From the NCBI GenBank assembly GCA_964016885.1, contig OZ024741.1, positions 262,694,001-262,758,000 on the forward strand: DNA of 64,000 nt. Direction: 5' to 3'. This stretch comes from Eledone cirrhosa (lineage: Eukaryota). The notes under the pieces are model-generated. The model did no database searches. It saw nothing but the letters and a program-made list of their open reading frames with translations, and was not told the DNA's origin. Of this stretch, positions 1-12,487 are shown one piece after another. The number at the start of each line of letters is the position of its first letter. Position 1 is the first letter of the stretch. Made by a program: the position numbers and the translations under genes.

Positions 1-1688
1 CGAATGTTTTTGCTTACGAGTGTTTCGACTTACGAATGTTTTTGCTTACGAGTGTTCTGACTTACGAGTGTTTTGACTTACGAGTGTTCCGACTTACGAG
101 TGTTTTGGTTTACGTGTGTTTCGACTTACGAATGTTTCGGCTTACGAGTGTTTCGACTTACGAGTGTTCCGACCTACGAGTGTTTCGGCTACGGATGTTT
201 CGAATTATGAGTGATTCGACTAAGAGTGTTTCGACTTACGAGTGTTTCGACTACGAGTGTTTCGACTTACGAGTGTTCTGACTTACGAGTGTTCTGACTT
301 ACGTGTGTTCTGACTTACGAGTGTTTCGGCTTATGAGTGTTTCGGCTTACGAGCGTTTCGACTACGAGTGTTTCGACTTACGAATGTTTTTGCTAACGAG
401 TGTTTCGACTTACGAATGTTTTTGCTTACGAGTGTTTCGGCTTACGAGTGTTTCGACTTACAAGTGTTTCGAATTACGAGTGTTTTGACTTACGGTGTTT
501 CGGCTTACGAGTGTTTCGACATACGAGTGTTTTGACTTACCGCTGTTTCGACTTACGGGTGTTTCGACTTACGAGAGTTTCGACTTACGAGTGTTCTGAC
601 TTACGAGTGTTCTGACTTACGAGTGTTCCGACTTGCGAGTGTTTCGGCTTACGAGTGTTTCGACATGCGAGTTTTTTTACTTACGGATGTTTCGACTTAC
701 GGGTGTTTCGACTCACGAGTGTTTCTACTTACGAGTGTTTCGACTTACGAGTGTTCCGACTTACGAGTGTTTTGACTTACGAGTGTTCCGACTTACGAGT
801 GTTTCGGCTTACGAGTGTTTCGGCTCACGAGTGTTTCGACTTACGAGTGTTCCGACTTACGAGTGTTTCGGCTACGGATGTTCCGACTTACGAGTATTTT
901 CGGCTTACGAGTGTTTTGACTTACGATTGTTTTGAATTACGGGCATTTCGGCTTACGAGTGTTTCGACTTACGAGTGTTTCGACTTACGAGTGTTTAAAC
1001 TTACGAGTGTTTTGACTTACGGGTGTTTCGACTTACGAGTGTTTTGGCGTACGAGTGTTTCGACTTACGAGTGTTTCGACTTACGGGTGTTTTGACTTAC
1101 GGGTGTTTCGGCTTACGAGTGTTTCGACTTACGAGTGTTTTGACTTAAGGGTGTTTCGACTTACGAGTGTTTCGACTTACGAGTGTTTCGACTTACGAGT
1201 GTTTCGGATTACGAGTGTTTTGACTTGAGGGTTTTCGACTTACGAGTGTTTCGATACAAGTGTTTGGACTTACGAGTGTTCTGACTTACGAGTGTTCTGA
1301 CTTACGAGTGTTCTGACTTACAAGTGTTCTTACTTACGAGTGTTCCGACTTACGAGTGTTCCGACTTACGAGTGTTTCGGCTTACGAGTGTTTCGGCTTA
1401 CGAGTGTTTTGACTTACGAGTGTTTCGACTTACGAGTGTTCCGACTTACGGGTGTTTCGACTTACGAGTGTTTTGGTTCACGGTGTTTCGGCTTACGAGT
1501 GTTTCGAGTTACGAGTGTTTTGACTTACGCGTGTATTGACATACGAGTGTTTCGATACGAGTGTTCTGACTTACGAGTGTTCTGACTTACGAGTGTTCTG
1601 ACTTACGAGTGTTCTGACTTACGAGTGTTCCGACTTTACGAGTGTTTCGGCTCACGAGTGTTTCGGCTTACGAGTGTTTACACTTACA

Positions 1689-1758
1689 AAAATAACAAAT
1701 AGACGCGGTTTCAAATCTCTATGCTTTTCAAATTCATTACATTAATCTTTATTTATAC
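1689..1758 (+). repeat. 70-bp AT-rich interspersed element, copy 1 (AAAATAACAAATAGACGCGGTTTCAAATCTCTATGCTTTTCAAATTCATTACATTAATCTTTATTTATAC)
   Basis: Non-satellite sequence that interrupts a monomer between GACTTACG and GTTTCG; read directly. Confidence 0.97.
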
Positions 1759-3426
1759 GTTTCGCTTTACGAGTGCTTCGACTTACGAGTGTTTCGACAT
1801 ACGAGTGTTAAGGTTTACGAGTGTTTTGATTTACGAGTGTTTTGACTTACGGGTGCTTCGACTTAAGCGTGTTTCGACTTACGAGTGTTTCGACTTACGA
1901 GTGTTTCGACTTACGAGTGTTTCGGCTTACGAGTATTTTGACTAACGAGTGTTTCGGCTGGCGAGTGTTTCGACTTACGAGTGTTTTGACTTAAGGGTGT
2001 TTCGACTTACGAGTGTTTCGACTTACGAGTGTTTCGACTTACGAGTGTTTCGACTTACGAGTGTTCTGACTTACGAGTGTTCCGACTTACGAGTGTCTCG
2101 GCTTACGAGTGTTTCGATACGAGTGTTTCGACTTACGAGTGTTTCGGCTTACGAGTGTTTCGACTTACGAGTGTTTCGACTTACGAGTGTTCTGATTTAC
2201 GGATGTTTCGACATACGAGTGTTTCGACTTACGAGTGTTTCGACATACGAGTGTTCCGACTTACGGGTGTTTCGACTTACGAGTGTTTTGGCTTACGGTG
2301 TTTCGACTTACGAGTGTTTCGGCTTACGAGTGTTTTGACTTAAGGGTGTTTCGACTTACGAGTGTTCTGATTTACGGATGTTTCGACGTACGAGTGTTTC
2401 GACTTACGAGTGTTTCGACTTACGAGTGTTTCGGCTTACGAGTGTTTCGACTTACGAGTGTTTCGACTTACGAGTGTTCTGATTTACGGATGTTTCGACA
2501 TACGAGTGTTTCGACTTACGAGTGTTTCGACTTACGAGTGTTTTGACTTACGTGTGTTTTGACATACGAGTGTTTCGATACGAGTGTTTCGACTTACGAG
2601 TGTTCTGACTTACGATTGTTCTGACTTACGAGCGTTCTGACTTACGAGTGTTTCGGCTTACGAGTGTTTCGGCTTACGAGTGTTTCGACTTACGAGTGTT
2701 TCGACTTACGGGTGTTTCGACTTACGAGTGTTTTGGCTTACGGTGTTTCGACTTATAAGTGTTTCGAGTTAAGAGTGTTTTGACTTACGCGTGTTTTGAC
2801 ATACGAGTGTTCTGACTTACGAGTGTTCTGACTTACGAGTGTTCTGACTTACGAGTGTTCTGATTTACGGATGTTTCGACACACGAGTGTTTCGAATTAC
2901 GAGTGTTTCGACTTACGAGTGTTTCGACTTACGAGTGTTCCGACTTACGGGTGTTTCGACTTACGAGTGTTTTGGCTTACGGTGTTTCGGCATACGAGTG
3001 TTTCGAGTTACGAGTGTTCTGACTTACGAGTGTTCTGACTTACGAGTGTTCTGACTTACAAGTGTTCTTACTTACGAGTGTTCCGACTTACGAGTGTTCC
3101 GACTTACGAGTGTTTCGGCTTACGAGTGTTTCGGCTTACGAGTGTTTCGACTTACGAGTGTTTCGACTTACGAGTGTTCCGACTTACGGGTGTTTCGACT
3201 TACGAGTGTTTTGGTTTACGGTGTTTCGGCTTACGAGTGTTTCGAGTTACGAGTGTTTTGACTTACGCGTGTTTTGACATACGAGTGTTTCGATACGAGT
3301 GTTCTGACTTACGAGTGTTCTGACTTACGAGTGTTCTGACTTACGAGTGTTCTGACTTACGAGTGTTCCGACTTTACGAGTGTTTCGGCTCACGAGTGTT
3401 TCGGCTTACGAGTGTTTACACTTACA

Positions 3427-3496
3427 AAAATAACAAATAGACGCGGTTTCAAATCTCTATGCTTTTCAAATTCATTACATTAATCTTTATTTATAC
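3427..3496 (+). repeat. AT-rich element copy 2
   Basis: Identical to copy 1, including the TTTACACTTACA left flank. Confidence 0.96.
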
Positions 3497-4323
3497 GTTT
3501 CGCTTTACGAGTGCTTCGACTTACGAGTGTTTCGACATACGAGTGTTAAGGTTTACGAGTGTTTTGATTTACGAGTGTTTTGACTTACGGGTGCTTCGAC
3601 TTAAGCGTGTTTCGACTTACGAGTGTTTCGACTTACGAGTGTTTCGACTTACGAGTGTTTCGACTTACGAGTGTTTCGGCTTACGAGTGTTTTGACTTAC
3701 GAGTGTTTCGGCTGGCGAGTGTTTCGACTTACGAGTGTTTTGACTTAAGGGTGTTTCGACTTACGAGTGTTTCGACTTACGAGTGTTTCGACTTACGAGT
3801 GTTTCGACTTACGAGTGTTCTGACTTACGAGTGTTCCGACTTACGAGTGTCTCGGCTTACGAGTGTTTCGATACGAGTGTTTCGACTTACGAGTGTTTCG
3901 GCTTACGAGTGTTTCGACTTACGAGTGTTTCGACTTACGAGTGTTCTGATTTACGGATGTTTCGACGTACGAGTGTTTCGACTTACGAGTGTTTCGACTT
4001 ACGAGTGTTTCGGCTTACGAGTGTTTCGGCTTACGAGTGTTTCGGCTTACGAGTGTTTCGGCTTAAGAGTGTTTCGACTTACGAGTGTTTCGACTTACGG
4101 GTGTTTCGACTTACGAGAGTTTTGGCTTACGGTGTTTCGACTTACGAGTGTTTCGAGTTAAGAGTGTTTTGACTTACGCGTGTTTTGACATACGAGTGTT
4201 CTGACTTACGAGTGTTCTGACTTACGAGTGTTCTGACTTACGAGTGTTCTCACTTACGAGTGTTCCGACTTTACGAGTGTTTCGGCTCACGAATGTTTCG
4301 GCTTACGAGTGTTTCGACTTACG

Positions 4324-4393
4324 AAAATAACAATTAGACGCGGTTTCAAATCTCTATGCTTTTCAAATTCATTACATTAATCTTTATTTATAC
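4324..4393 (+). repeat. AT-rich element copy 3 (CAATTAG variant)
   Basis: Direct match with one substitution. Confidence 0.96.
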
Positions 4394-5456
4394 GTTTCGC
4401 TTTACGAGTGTTTCGACTTACGAGTGTTTCGACATACGTGTGTTTCGGCTTACGAGTGTTTTGATTTACGAGTGTTTTGACTTACGGGTGCTTCGACTTA
4501 CGCGTGTTTCGACTCACGAGTGTTTCGACTTACGAGTGTTTCGACTTACGAGTGTTTCAGCTGGCGAGTGTTTCGACTTACGAGTGTTTTGACTTAAGGG
4601 TGTTTCGACTTACGAGTGTTTCGACTTACGAGTGTTTCGACTTACGAGTGTTTCGGCGTACGAGTGTTTTGACTTACGAGTGTTTCGACTTACGAGTGTT
4701 TTGACTTACGAATGTTTTGACTTACGGGTGTTTCGGCTTACGAGTGTTTCGACTTACGAGTGTTTCGGCTTGCGAGTGTTTCGACTTAAGGGTGTTTCGA
4801 CTTACGAGTGTTTCGATACGAGTGTTTCGACTTACGAGTGTTTCGACTTACGGGTGTTTTGACTTACGGGTGTTTTGGCTTACGAGTGTTTCGACTTACG
4901 AGTGTTTCGACTTACGGGTGTTTCGATTACGAGTGTTTTGGCTTACGGTGTTTCGACTTACGAGTGTTTCGGCTTACGAGTGTTTCGACTTAAGGGTGTT
5001 TCGACTTACGAGTGTTTCGATACGAGTGTTTCGACTTACGAGTGTTTCGGCTTACGAGTGTTTCGACTTACGAGTGTTTCGACTTACGAGTGTTCTGATT
5101 TACGGATGTTTCGACTTACGAGCGTTCTGACTTAATAGTGTTTCGGCTTACGAGTGTTTCGGCTTGCGAGTGTTTCGACTTACGAGTGTTTAGACTTACG
5201 AGTGTTCCGACTTACGGGTGTTTCGACTTACGAGTGTTTTGGCTTACGGTGTTTCGACTTACGAGTGTTTCGAGTTAAGAGTGTTTTGACTTACGCGTGT
5301 TTTGACATACGAGTGTTCTGACTTACGAGTGTTCTGACTTACGAGTGTTCTGACTTACAAGTGTTCTGACTTACGAGTGTTCTGACTTACGAGTGTTCCG
5401 ACTTTACGAGTGTTTCGGCTCACGAGTGTTTCGGCTTACGAGTGTTTCGACTTACG

Positions 5457-5521
5457 AAAATAACAAATAGACGCGGTTTCAAATCTCTATGCTTTAAAAA
5501 TTCATTAATCTTTATTTATAC
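5457..5521 (+). repeat. AT-rich element copy 4 (65 bp)
   Basis: One CATTA unit is deleted, and TTTTCAAA is changed to TTTAAAAA. Confidence 0.95.
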
Positions 5522-6572
5522 GTTTCGCTTTACGAGTGTTTCGACATACGAGTGTTTCGACATACGAGTGTTTCGACTTACGAATGTTTTTGCTTACGGG
5601 TGTTTCGACTTACGAATGTTTTTGCTTACGAGTGTTTCGGTTTACGAGTGTTCCGACTTACGAGTGTTCCGACTTACGAGTGTTTCGGCTTACGAGTGTT
5701 TCCGGCTTACGAGTGTTTCGACTTACTAATGTTTTTACTTACGAGTGTTTCGGCGTACGAGTGTTTTGACTTACGAGTGTTTCGACTTACGAGTGTTTTG
5801 ACTTACGAATGTTTTGACTTACGGGTGTTTCGGCTTACGAGTGTTTCGACTTACGAGTGTTTCGGCTTGCGAGTGTTTCGACTTACTAATGTTTTTACTT
5901 ACGAGTGTTTCGGCGTACGAGTGTTTCGACTTACGAGTGTTTCGACTTACGGGTGTTTTGACTTACGGGTGTTTCGGCTTACGAGTGTTCTGACATACGA
6001 GTGTTCGGATTTACGGATGTTTCGACACACGAGTGTTTCGAATTACGAGTGTTTCGACTTACGAGTGTTTCGACTTACGAGTGTTCAGACTTACGGGTGT
6101 TTCGACTTACGAGTGTTTTGGCTTACGGTGTTTCGGCTTACGAGTGTTTCGAGTTACGAGTGTTCTGACTTACGAGTGTTCTGACTTACGAGTGTTCTGA
6201 CTTACAAGTGTTCTTACTTACGAGTGTTCCGACTTACGAGTGTTCCGACTTACAAGTGTTTCGGCTTACGAGTGTTTCGGCTTACGAGTTTTTCGACTTA
6301 CGAGTGTTTCGACTTACGAGTGTTCCGACTTACGGGTGTTTCGACTTACGAGTGTTTTGGTTTACGGTGTTTCGGCTTACGAGTGTTTCGAGTTACGAGT
6401 GTTTTGACTTACGCGTGTTTTGACATACGAGTGTTTCGATACGAGTGTTCTGACTTACGAGTGTTCTGACTTACGAGTGTTCTGACTTACGAGTGTTCTG
6501 ACTTACGAGTGTTCCGACTTTACAAGTGTTTCGGCTCACGAGTGTTTCGGCTTACGAGTGTTTACACTTACA

Positions 6573-6642
6573 AAAATAACAAATAGACGCGGTTTCAAAT
6601 CTCTATGCTTTTCAAATTCATTACATTAATCTTTATTTATAC
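6573..6642 (+). repeat. AT-rich element copy 5
   Basis: Same type as copies 1 and 2. Confidence 0.96.
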
Positions 6643-7786
6643 GTTTCGCTTTACGAGTGCTTCGACTTACGAGTGTTTCGACATACGAGTGTTAAGGTTT
6701 ACGAGTGTTTTGATTTACGAGTGTTTTGACTTACGGGTGCTTCGACTTAAGCGTGTTTCGACTTACGAGTGTTTCGACTTACGAGTGTTTCGACTTACGA
6801 GTGTTTCGGCTTACGAGTGTTTTGACTTACGAGTGTTTCGGCTGGCGAGTGTTTCGACTTACGAGTGTTTTGACTTAAGGGTGTTTCGACTTACGAGTGT
6901 TTCGACTTACGAGTGTTTCGACTTACGAGTGTTTCGACTTACGAGTGTTCTGACTTACGAGTGTTCCGACTTACGAGTGTCTCGGCTTACGAGTGTTTCG
7001 ATACGAGTGTTTCGACTTACGAGTGTTTCGGCTTACGAGTGTTTCGACTTACGAGTGTTTCGACTTACGAGTGTTCTGATTTACGGATGTTTCGACATAC
7101 GAGTGTTTCGACTTACGAGTGTTTCGACATACGAGTGTTCCGACTTACGGGTGTTTCGACTTACGAGTGTTTTGGCTTACGGTGTTTCGACTTACGAGTG
7201 TTTCGGCTTATGAGTGTTTTGACTTAAGGGTGTTTCGACTTACGAGTGTTCTGATTTACGGATGTTTCGACGTACGAGTGTTTCGACTTACGAGTGTTTC
7301 GACTAACGAGTGTTTCGGCTTACGAGTGTTTCGACTTACGAGTGTTTCGACTTACGAGTGTTCTGATTTACGGATGTTTCGACATACGAGTGTTTCGACT
7401 TACGAGTGTTTCGACTTACGAGTGTTTTAACTTACCTGTGTTTTGACATACGAGTGTTTCGATACGAGTGTTTCGACTTACGAGCGTTCTGACTTACGAG
7501 TGTTTCGGCTTACGAGTGTTTCGGCTTACGAGTGTTTCGACTTACGAGTGTTTCGACTTACGGGTGTTTCGACTTACGAGTGTTTTGGCTTACGGTGTTT
7601 CGACTTACGAGTGTTTCGAGTTAAGAGTGTTTTGACTTACGCGTGTTTTGACATACGAGTGTTCTGACTTACGAGTGTTCTGACTTACGAGTGTTCTGAC
7701 TTACGAGTGTTCTGACTTACGAGTGTTCCGACTTTACGAGTGTTTCGGCTCACGAATGTTTCGGCTTACGAGTGTTTCGACTTACG

Positions 7787-7856
7787 AAAATAACAATTAG
7801 ACGCGGTTTCAAATCTCTATGCTTTTCAAATTCATTACATTAATCTTTATTTATAC
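7787..7856 (+). repeat. AT-rich element copy 6 (CAATTAG variant)
   Basis: Same type as copy 3. Confidence 0.96.
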
Positions 7857-9366
7857 GTTTCGCTTTACGAGTGTTTCGACTTACGAGTGTTTCGACATAC
7901 GAGTGTTTCGGCTTACGAGTGTTTTGATTTACGAGTGTTTTGACTTACGGGTGCTTCGACTTACGCGTGTTTCGACTCACGAGTGTTTCGACTTACGAGT
8001 GTTTCGACTTACGAGTGTTTCGGCTGGCGAGTGTTTCGACTTACGAGTGTTTTGACTTAAGGGTGTTTCGACTTACGAGTGTTTCGACTTACGAGTGTTT
8101 CGACTTACGAGTGTTTCGGCGTACGAGTGTTTTGACTTACGAGTGTTTCGACTTACGAGTGTTTTGACTTACGAATGTTTTGACTTACGGGTGTTTCGGC
8201 TTACGAGTGTTTCGACTTACGAGTGTTTCGGCTTGCGAGTGTTTCGACTTACTAATGTTTTTACTTACGAGTGTTTCGGCGTACGAGTGTTTCGACTTAC
8301 GAGTGTTTCGACTTACGGGTGTTTTGACTTACGGGTGTTTTGGCTTACGAGTGTTTCGACTTACGAGTGTTTCGACTTACGGGTGTTTCGATTACGAGTG
8401 TTTTGGCTTACGGTGTTTCGACTTACGAGTGTTTCGGCTTACGAGTGTTTCGACTTAAGGGTGTTTCGACTTACGAGTGTTTCGATACGAGTGTTTCGAC
8501 TTACGAGTGTTTCGGCTTACGAGTGTTTCGACTTACGAGTGTTTGGACTTACGAGTGTTCTGATTTACGGATGTTTCGACTTACGAGCGTTCTGACTTAA
8601 TAGTGTTTCGGCTTACGAGTGTTTCGGCTTGCGAGTGTTTCGACTTACGAGTGTTTAGACTTACGAGTGTTCCGACTTACGGGTGTTTCGACTTACGAGT
8701 GTTTTGGCTTACGGTGTTTCGACTTACGAGTGTTTCGAGTTAAGAGTGTTTTGACTTACGCGTGTTTTGACATACGAGTGTTCTGACGTACGAGTGTTCT
8801 GACTTACGAGTGTTCTGACTTACGAGTGTTCTGACTTACGAGTGTTCTGACTTACGAGTGTTTCGACATACGAGTGTTTCGACTTACGAATGTTTTTGCT
8901 TACGAGTGTTTCGGTTTACGAGTGTTCCGACTTACGAGTGTTCCGACTTACGAGTGTTTCGGCTTACGAGTGTTTCCGGCTTACGAGTGTTTCGACTTAC
9001 GAGTGTTTTGACTTACGGTGTTTCGGCTTACGAGTGATTAGACTTACGAGTGTTTTGACTTACGGGTGTTTTGACTTACGGGTGTTGTGAATTACGAGTG
9101 TTCCGATTTACGAGTGTTTTGACTTACGGTGTTTCGGCTTACAAGTGATTCGACTTACGAATGTTTTGACTTACGGGTGTTTCGGCTTGCGAGTGTTTCG
9201 AGTTACGAGTGTTTTGACTTACGCGTGTTTTGACATACGAGTGTTTCGATACGAGTGTTCTGACTTACGAGTGTTCTGACTTACGAGTGTTCTGACTTAC
9301 CAGTGTTCCGACTTTACGAGTGTTTCGGCTCACGAGTGTTTCGGCTTACGAGTGTTTCGACTTACG

Positions 9367-9436
9367 AAAATAACAAATAGACGCGGTTTCAAATCTCTAT
9401 GCTTTTCAAATTCATTACATTAATCTTTATTTATAC
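9367..9436 (+). repeat. AT-rich element copy 7 (consensus)
   Basis: Direct match. Confidence 0.96.
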
Positions 9437-10389
9437 GTTTCGCTTTACGAGTGTTTCGACTTACGAGTGTTTCGACATACGAGTGTTTCGACTTACGAAT
9501 GTTTTTGCTTACGGGTGTTTCGACTTACGAATGTTTTTGCTTACGAGTGTTTCGGTTTACGAGTGTTCCGACTTACGAGTGTTCCGACTTACGAGTGTTT
9601 CGGCTTACGAGTGTTTCCGGCTTACGAGTGTTTCGACTTACTAATGTTTTTACTTACGAGTGTTTCGGCGTACGAGTGTTTTGACTTACGAGTGTTTCGA
9701 CTTACGAGTGTTTTGACTTACGAATGTTTTGACTTACGGGTGTTTCGGCTTACGAGTGTTTCGACTTACGAGTGTTTCGGCTTGCGAGTGTTTCGACTTA
9801 CTAATGTTTTTACTTACGAGTGTTTCGGCGTACGAGTGTTTCGACTTACGGGTGTTTTGACTTACGGGTGTTTCGGCTTACGAGTGTTTCGACTTACGAG
9901 TGTTTTGACTTAAGGGTGTTTCGACTTACGAGTGTTTCGACTTACGAGTGTTTCGACTTACGAGTGTTTCGGATTACGAATGTTTTGACTTGAGGGTTTT
10001 CGTCTTACGAGTGTTTCGATACGAGTGTTTCGACTTACGAGTGTTCTGACTTACGAATGTTCTAATTTACGGATGTTTCGACACACGAGTGTTTCGAATT
10101 ACGAGTGTTTCGACTTACGAGTGTTTCGACTTACGAGTGTTCCGACTTACGGGTGTTTCGACTTACGAGTGTTTTGGCTTACGGTGTTTCGGCTTACGAG
10201 TGTTTCGAGTTACGAGTGTTTTGACTTACGCGTGTTTTGACATACGAGTGTTTCGATACGAGTGTTCTGACTTACGAGTGTTCTGACTTACGAGTGTTCT
10301 AAGTTACGAGTGTTCTGACTTACGAGTGTTCCGACTTTACGAGTGTTTCGGCTCACGAGTGTTTCGGCTTACGAGTGTTTCGACTTACG

Positions 10390-10448
10390 AAAATAACAAA
10401 TAGACGCGGTTTCAAATCTCTATTCATTACATTAATCTTTATTTATAC
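10390..10448 (+). repeat. AT-rich element copy 8 (59 bp, 11-bp internal deletion)
   Basis: Reads ...AAATCTCTATTCATTAC..., lacking the GCTTTTCAAAT segment. Confidence 0.95.
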
Positions 10449-12417
10449 GTTTCGCTTTACGAGTGTTTCGACTTACGAGTGTTTCGACATACGAGTGTTT
10501 CGGCTTACGAGTGTTTTGATTTACGAGTGTTTTGACTTACGGGTGCTTCGACTTACGCGTGTTTCGACTTACGAGTGTTTCGACTTACGAGTGTTTCGAC
10601 TTACGAGTGTTTCGGCTGGCGAGTGTTTCGACTTACGAGTGTTTTGACTTAAGGGTGTATCGACTTACGAGTGTTTCGACTTACGAGTGTTTCGACTTAC
10701 GAGTGTTTCGGCGTACGAGTGTTTTGACTTACGAGTGTTTCGACTTACGAGTTTTTTGACTTACGAATGTTTTGACTTACGGGTGTTTCGGCTTACGAGT
10801 GTTTTGACTTACGGGTGTTTCGACTTACGAGTGTTTTGGTTTACGTGTGTTTCGACTTACGAATGTTTCGGCTTACGAGCGTTTCGACTTACGAGTGTAT
10901 AGACTTACGGTTGTTCTGACTTACGGGTATTCCGACTTACGAGTGATTTGGCATACGAGTGTTTCGACTTACGAGTGTTTCGGCTTACGAGTGTTTCGGC
11001 TTATGAGTGTTTTGACTTAAGGGTGTTTCGACGAGTGTTTCGATACGAGTGTTTCGACATGCGAGTTTTTTGACTTACGGATGTTTCGACTTACGGGTGT
11101 TTCGACTCACGAGTGTTTCTACTTACGAGTGTTTCGACTTACGAGTGTTCCGACTTACGAGTGTTTTGACTTACGAGTGTTCCGACTTACGAGTGTTTCG
11201 GCTTACGAGTGTTTCGGCTCACGAGTGTTCCGACTTACGAGTGTTCCGACTTACGAGTGTTTCGGCTACGGATGTTCCGACTTACGAGTATTTTCGGCTT
11301 ACGAGTGTTTTGACTTACGATTGTTTTGACTTACGGGTATTTCGGCTTACGAGTGTTTCGACTTACGAGTGTTTCGACTTACGAGTGTTTTGACTTACGG
11401 GTGTTTCGACTTACGAGTGTTTTGGTTTACGTGTGTTTCGACTTACGAATGTTTCGGCTTACGAGTGTTTCGACTTACGAGTGTTTTGACTTACGGGTGT
11501 TTCGACTACGAGTGTTTTGGTTTACGTGTGTTTCGACTTACGAATGTTTCGTCTTACGAGTGTTTCGACTTACGAGTGTTTAAACTTACGAGTGTTTTGA
11601 CTTACGAGTGTTTCGGCGTACGAGTGTTTTGACTTACGAGTGTTTCGACTTACGAGTTTTTTGACTTACGAATGTTTTGACTTACGGGTGTTTCGGCTTA
11701 CGAGTGTTTCGACTTACGAGTGTTTCGGCTTGCGAGTGTTTCGACTTACTAATGTTTTTACTTACGAGTGTTTCGGCGTACGAGTGTTTCGACTTACGAG
11801 TGTTTCGACTTACGGGTGTTTTGACTTACGGGTGTTTCGGCTTACGAGTGTTTCGACTTACGAGTGTTTTGACTTAAGGGTGTTTCGACTTACGAGTGTT
11901 TCGACTTACGAGTGTTTCGAATTACGAGTGTTTCGGATTACGAGTGTTTTGACTTGAGGGTTTTCGACTTACGAGTGTTTCGATACGAGTGTTTCGACTT
12001 ACGAGTGTTCTGACTTACGAGTGTTCTGACTTACGAGTGTTCTGACTTACAAGTGTTCTTACTTACGAGTGTTCCGACTTACGAGTGTTCCGACTTACGA
12101 GTGTTCCGACTTACGAGTGTTTCGGCTTACGAGTGTTTCGGCTTACGAGTGTTTCGACTTACGAGTGTTTCGACTTACGAGTGTTCCGACTTACGGGTGT
12201 TTCGACTTACGAGTGTTTTGGTTTACGGTGTTTCGGCTTACGAGTGTTTCGAGTTACGAGTGTTTTGACTTACGCGCGTTTTGACATACGAGTGTTTCGA
12301 TGCGAGTGTTCTGACTTACGAGTGTTCTGACTTACGAGTGTTGTGACTTACGAGTGTTCCGACTTTACGAGTGTTTCGGCTCACGAGTGTTTCGGCTTAC
12401 GAGTGTTTCGACTTACG

Positions 12418-12487
12418 AAAATAACAAATAGACGCGGTTTCAAATCTCTATGCTTTTCAAATTCATTACATTAATCTTTATTTAAAC
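12418..12487 (+). repeat. AT-rich element copy 9 (TTTAAAC end)
   Basis: Direct match; HOR partner of the copy at 20000. Confidence 0.96.

Larger units (their letters stand above)
1050..10790 (+). repeat. Domain A: mosaic of 1-2 kb duplicated segments, rich in the AT element
   Basis: Matching variant strings at offsets 1738 (1324/3062, 1721/3459), 4884 (1721/6605, 2029/6913, 2235/7119), 3463 (4356/7819, 4477/7940) and ~3915 (5552/9467). Eight AT elements in ~9 kb. Confidence 0.85.

Noticed and set aside
547-560. CENP-B box similarity of the variant TTCGACTTACGGG
   Set aside because: The canonical box needs TTCG-N4-A-N2-CGGG. Here CGGG follows the A directly, 2 nt short, so it is not a canonical box.
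1689-1758. AT element as an independently mobile MITE/SINE, or as a promoter or polyadenylation signal
   Set aside because: There are no terminal inverted repeats, target-site duplication, pol III boxes or A-tail, and the flanks are the same in nearly all copies. TATAAATA and AATAAA on the minus strand are expected by chance in such AT-rich sequence.
1721-1945. Recurrent hydrophobic N-terminus MLFKFITLIFIYTFRF resembling a signal peptide
   Set aside because: It derives from the T-rich half of the AT element. The ATG or frame is lost in several copies (5457, 10390, 12418, 20000, 36140) and downstream lengths are arbitrary.
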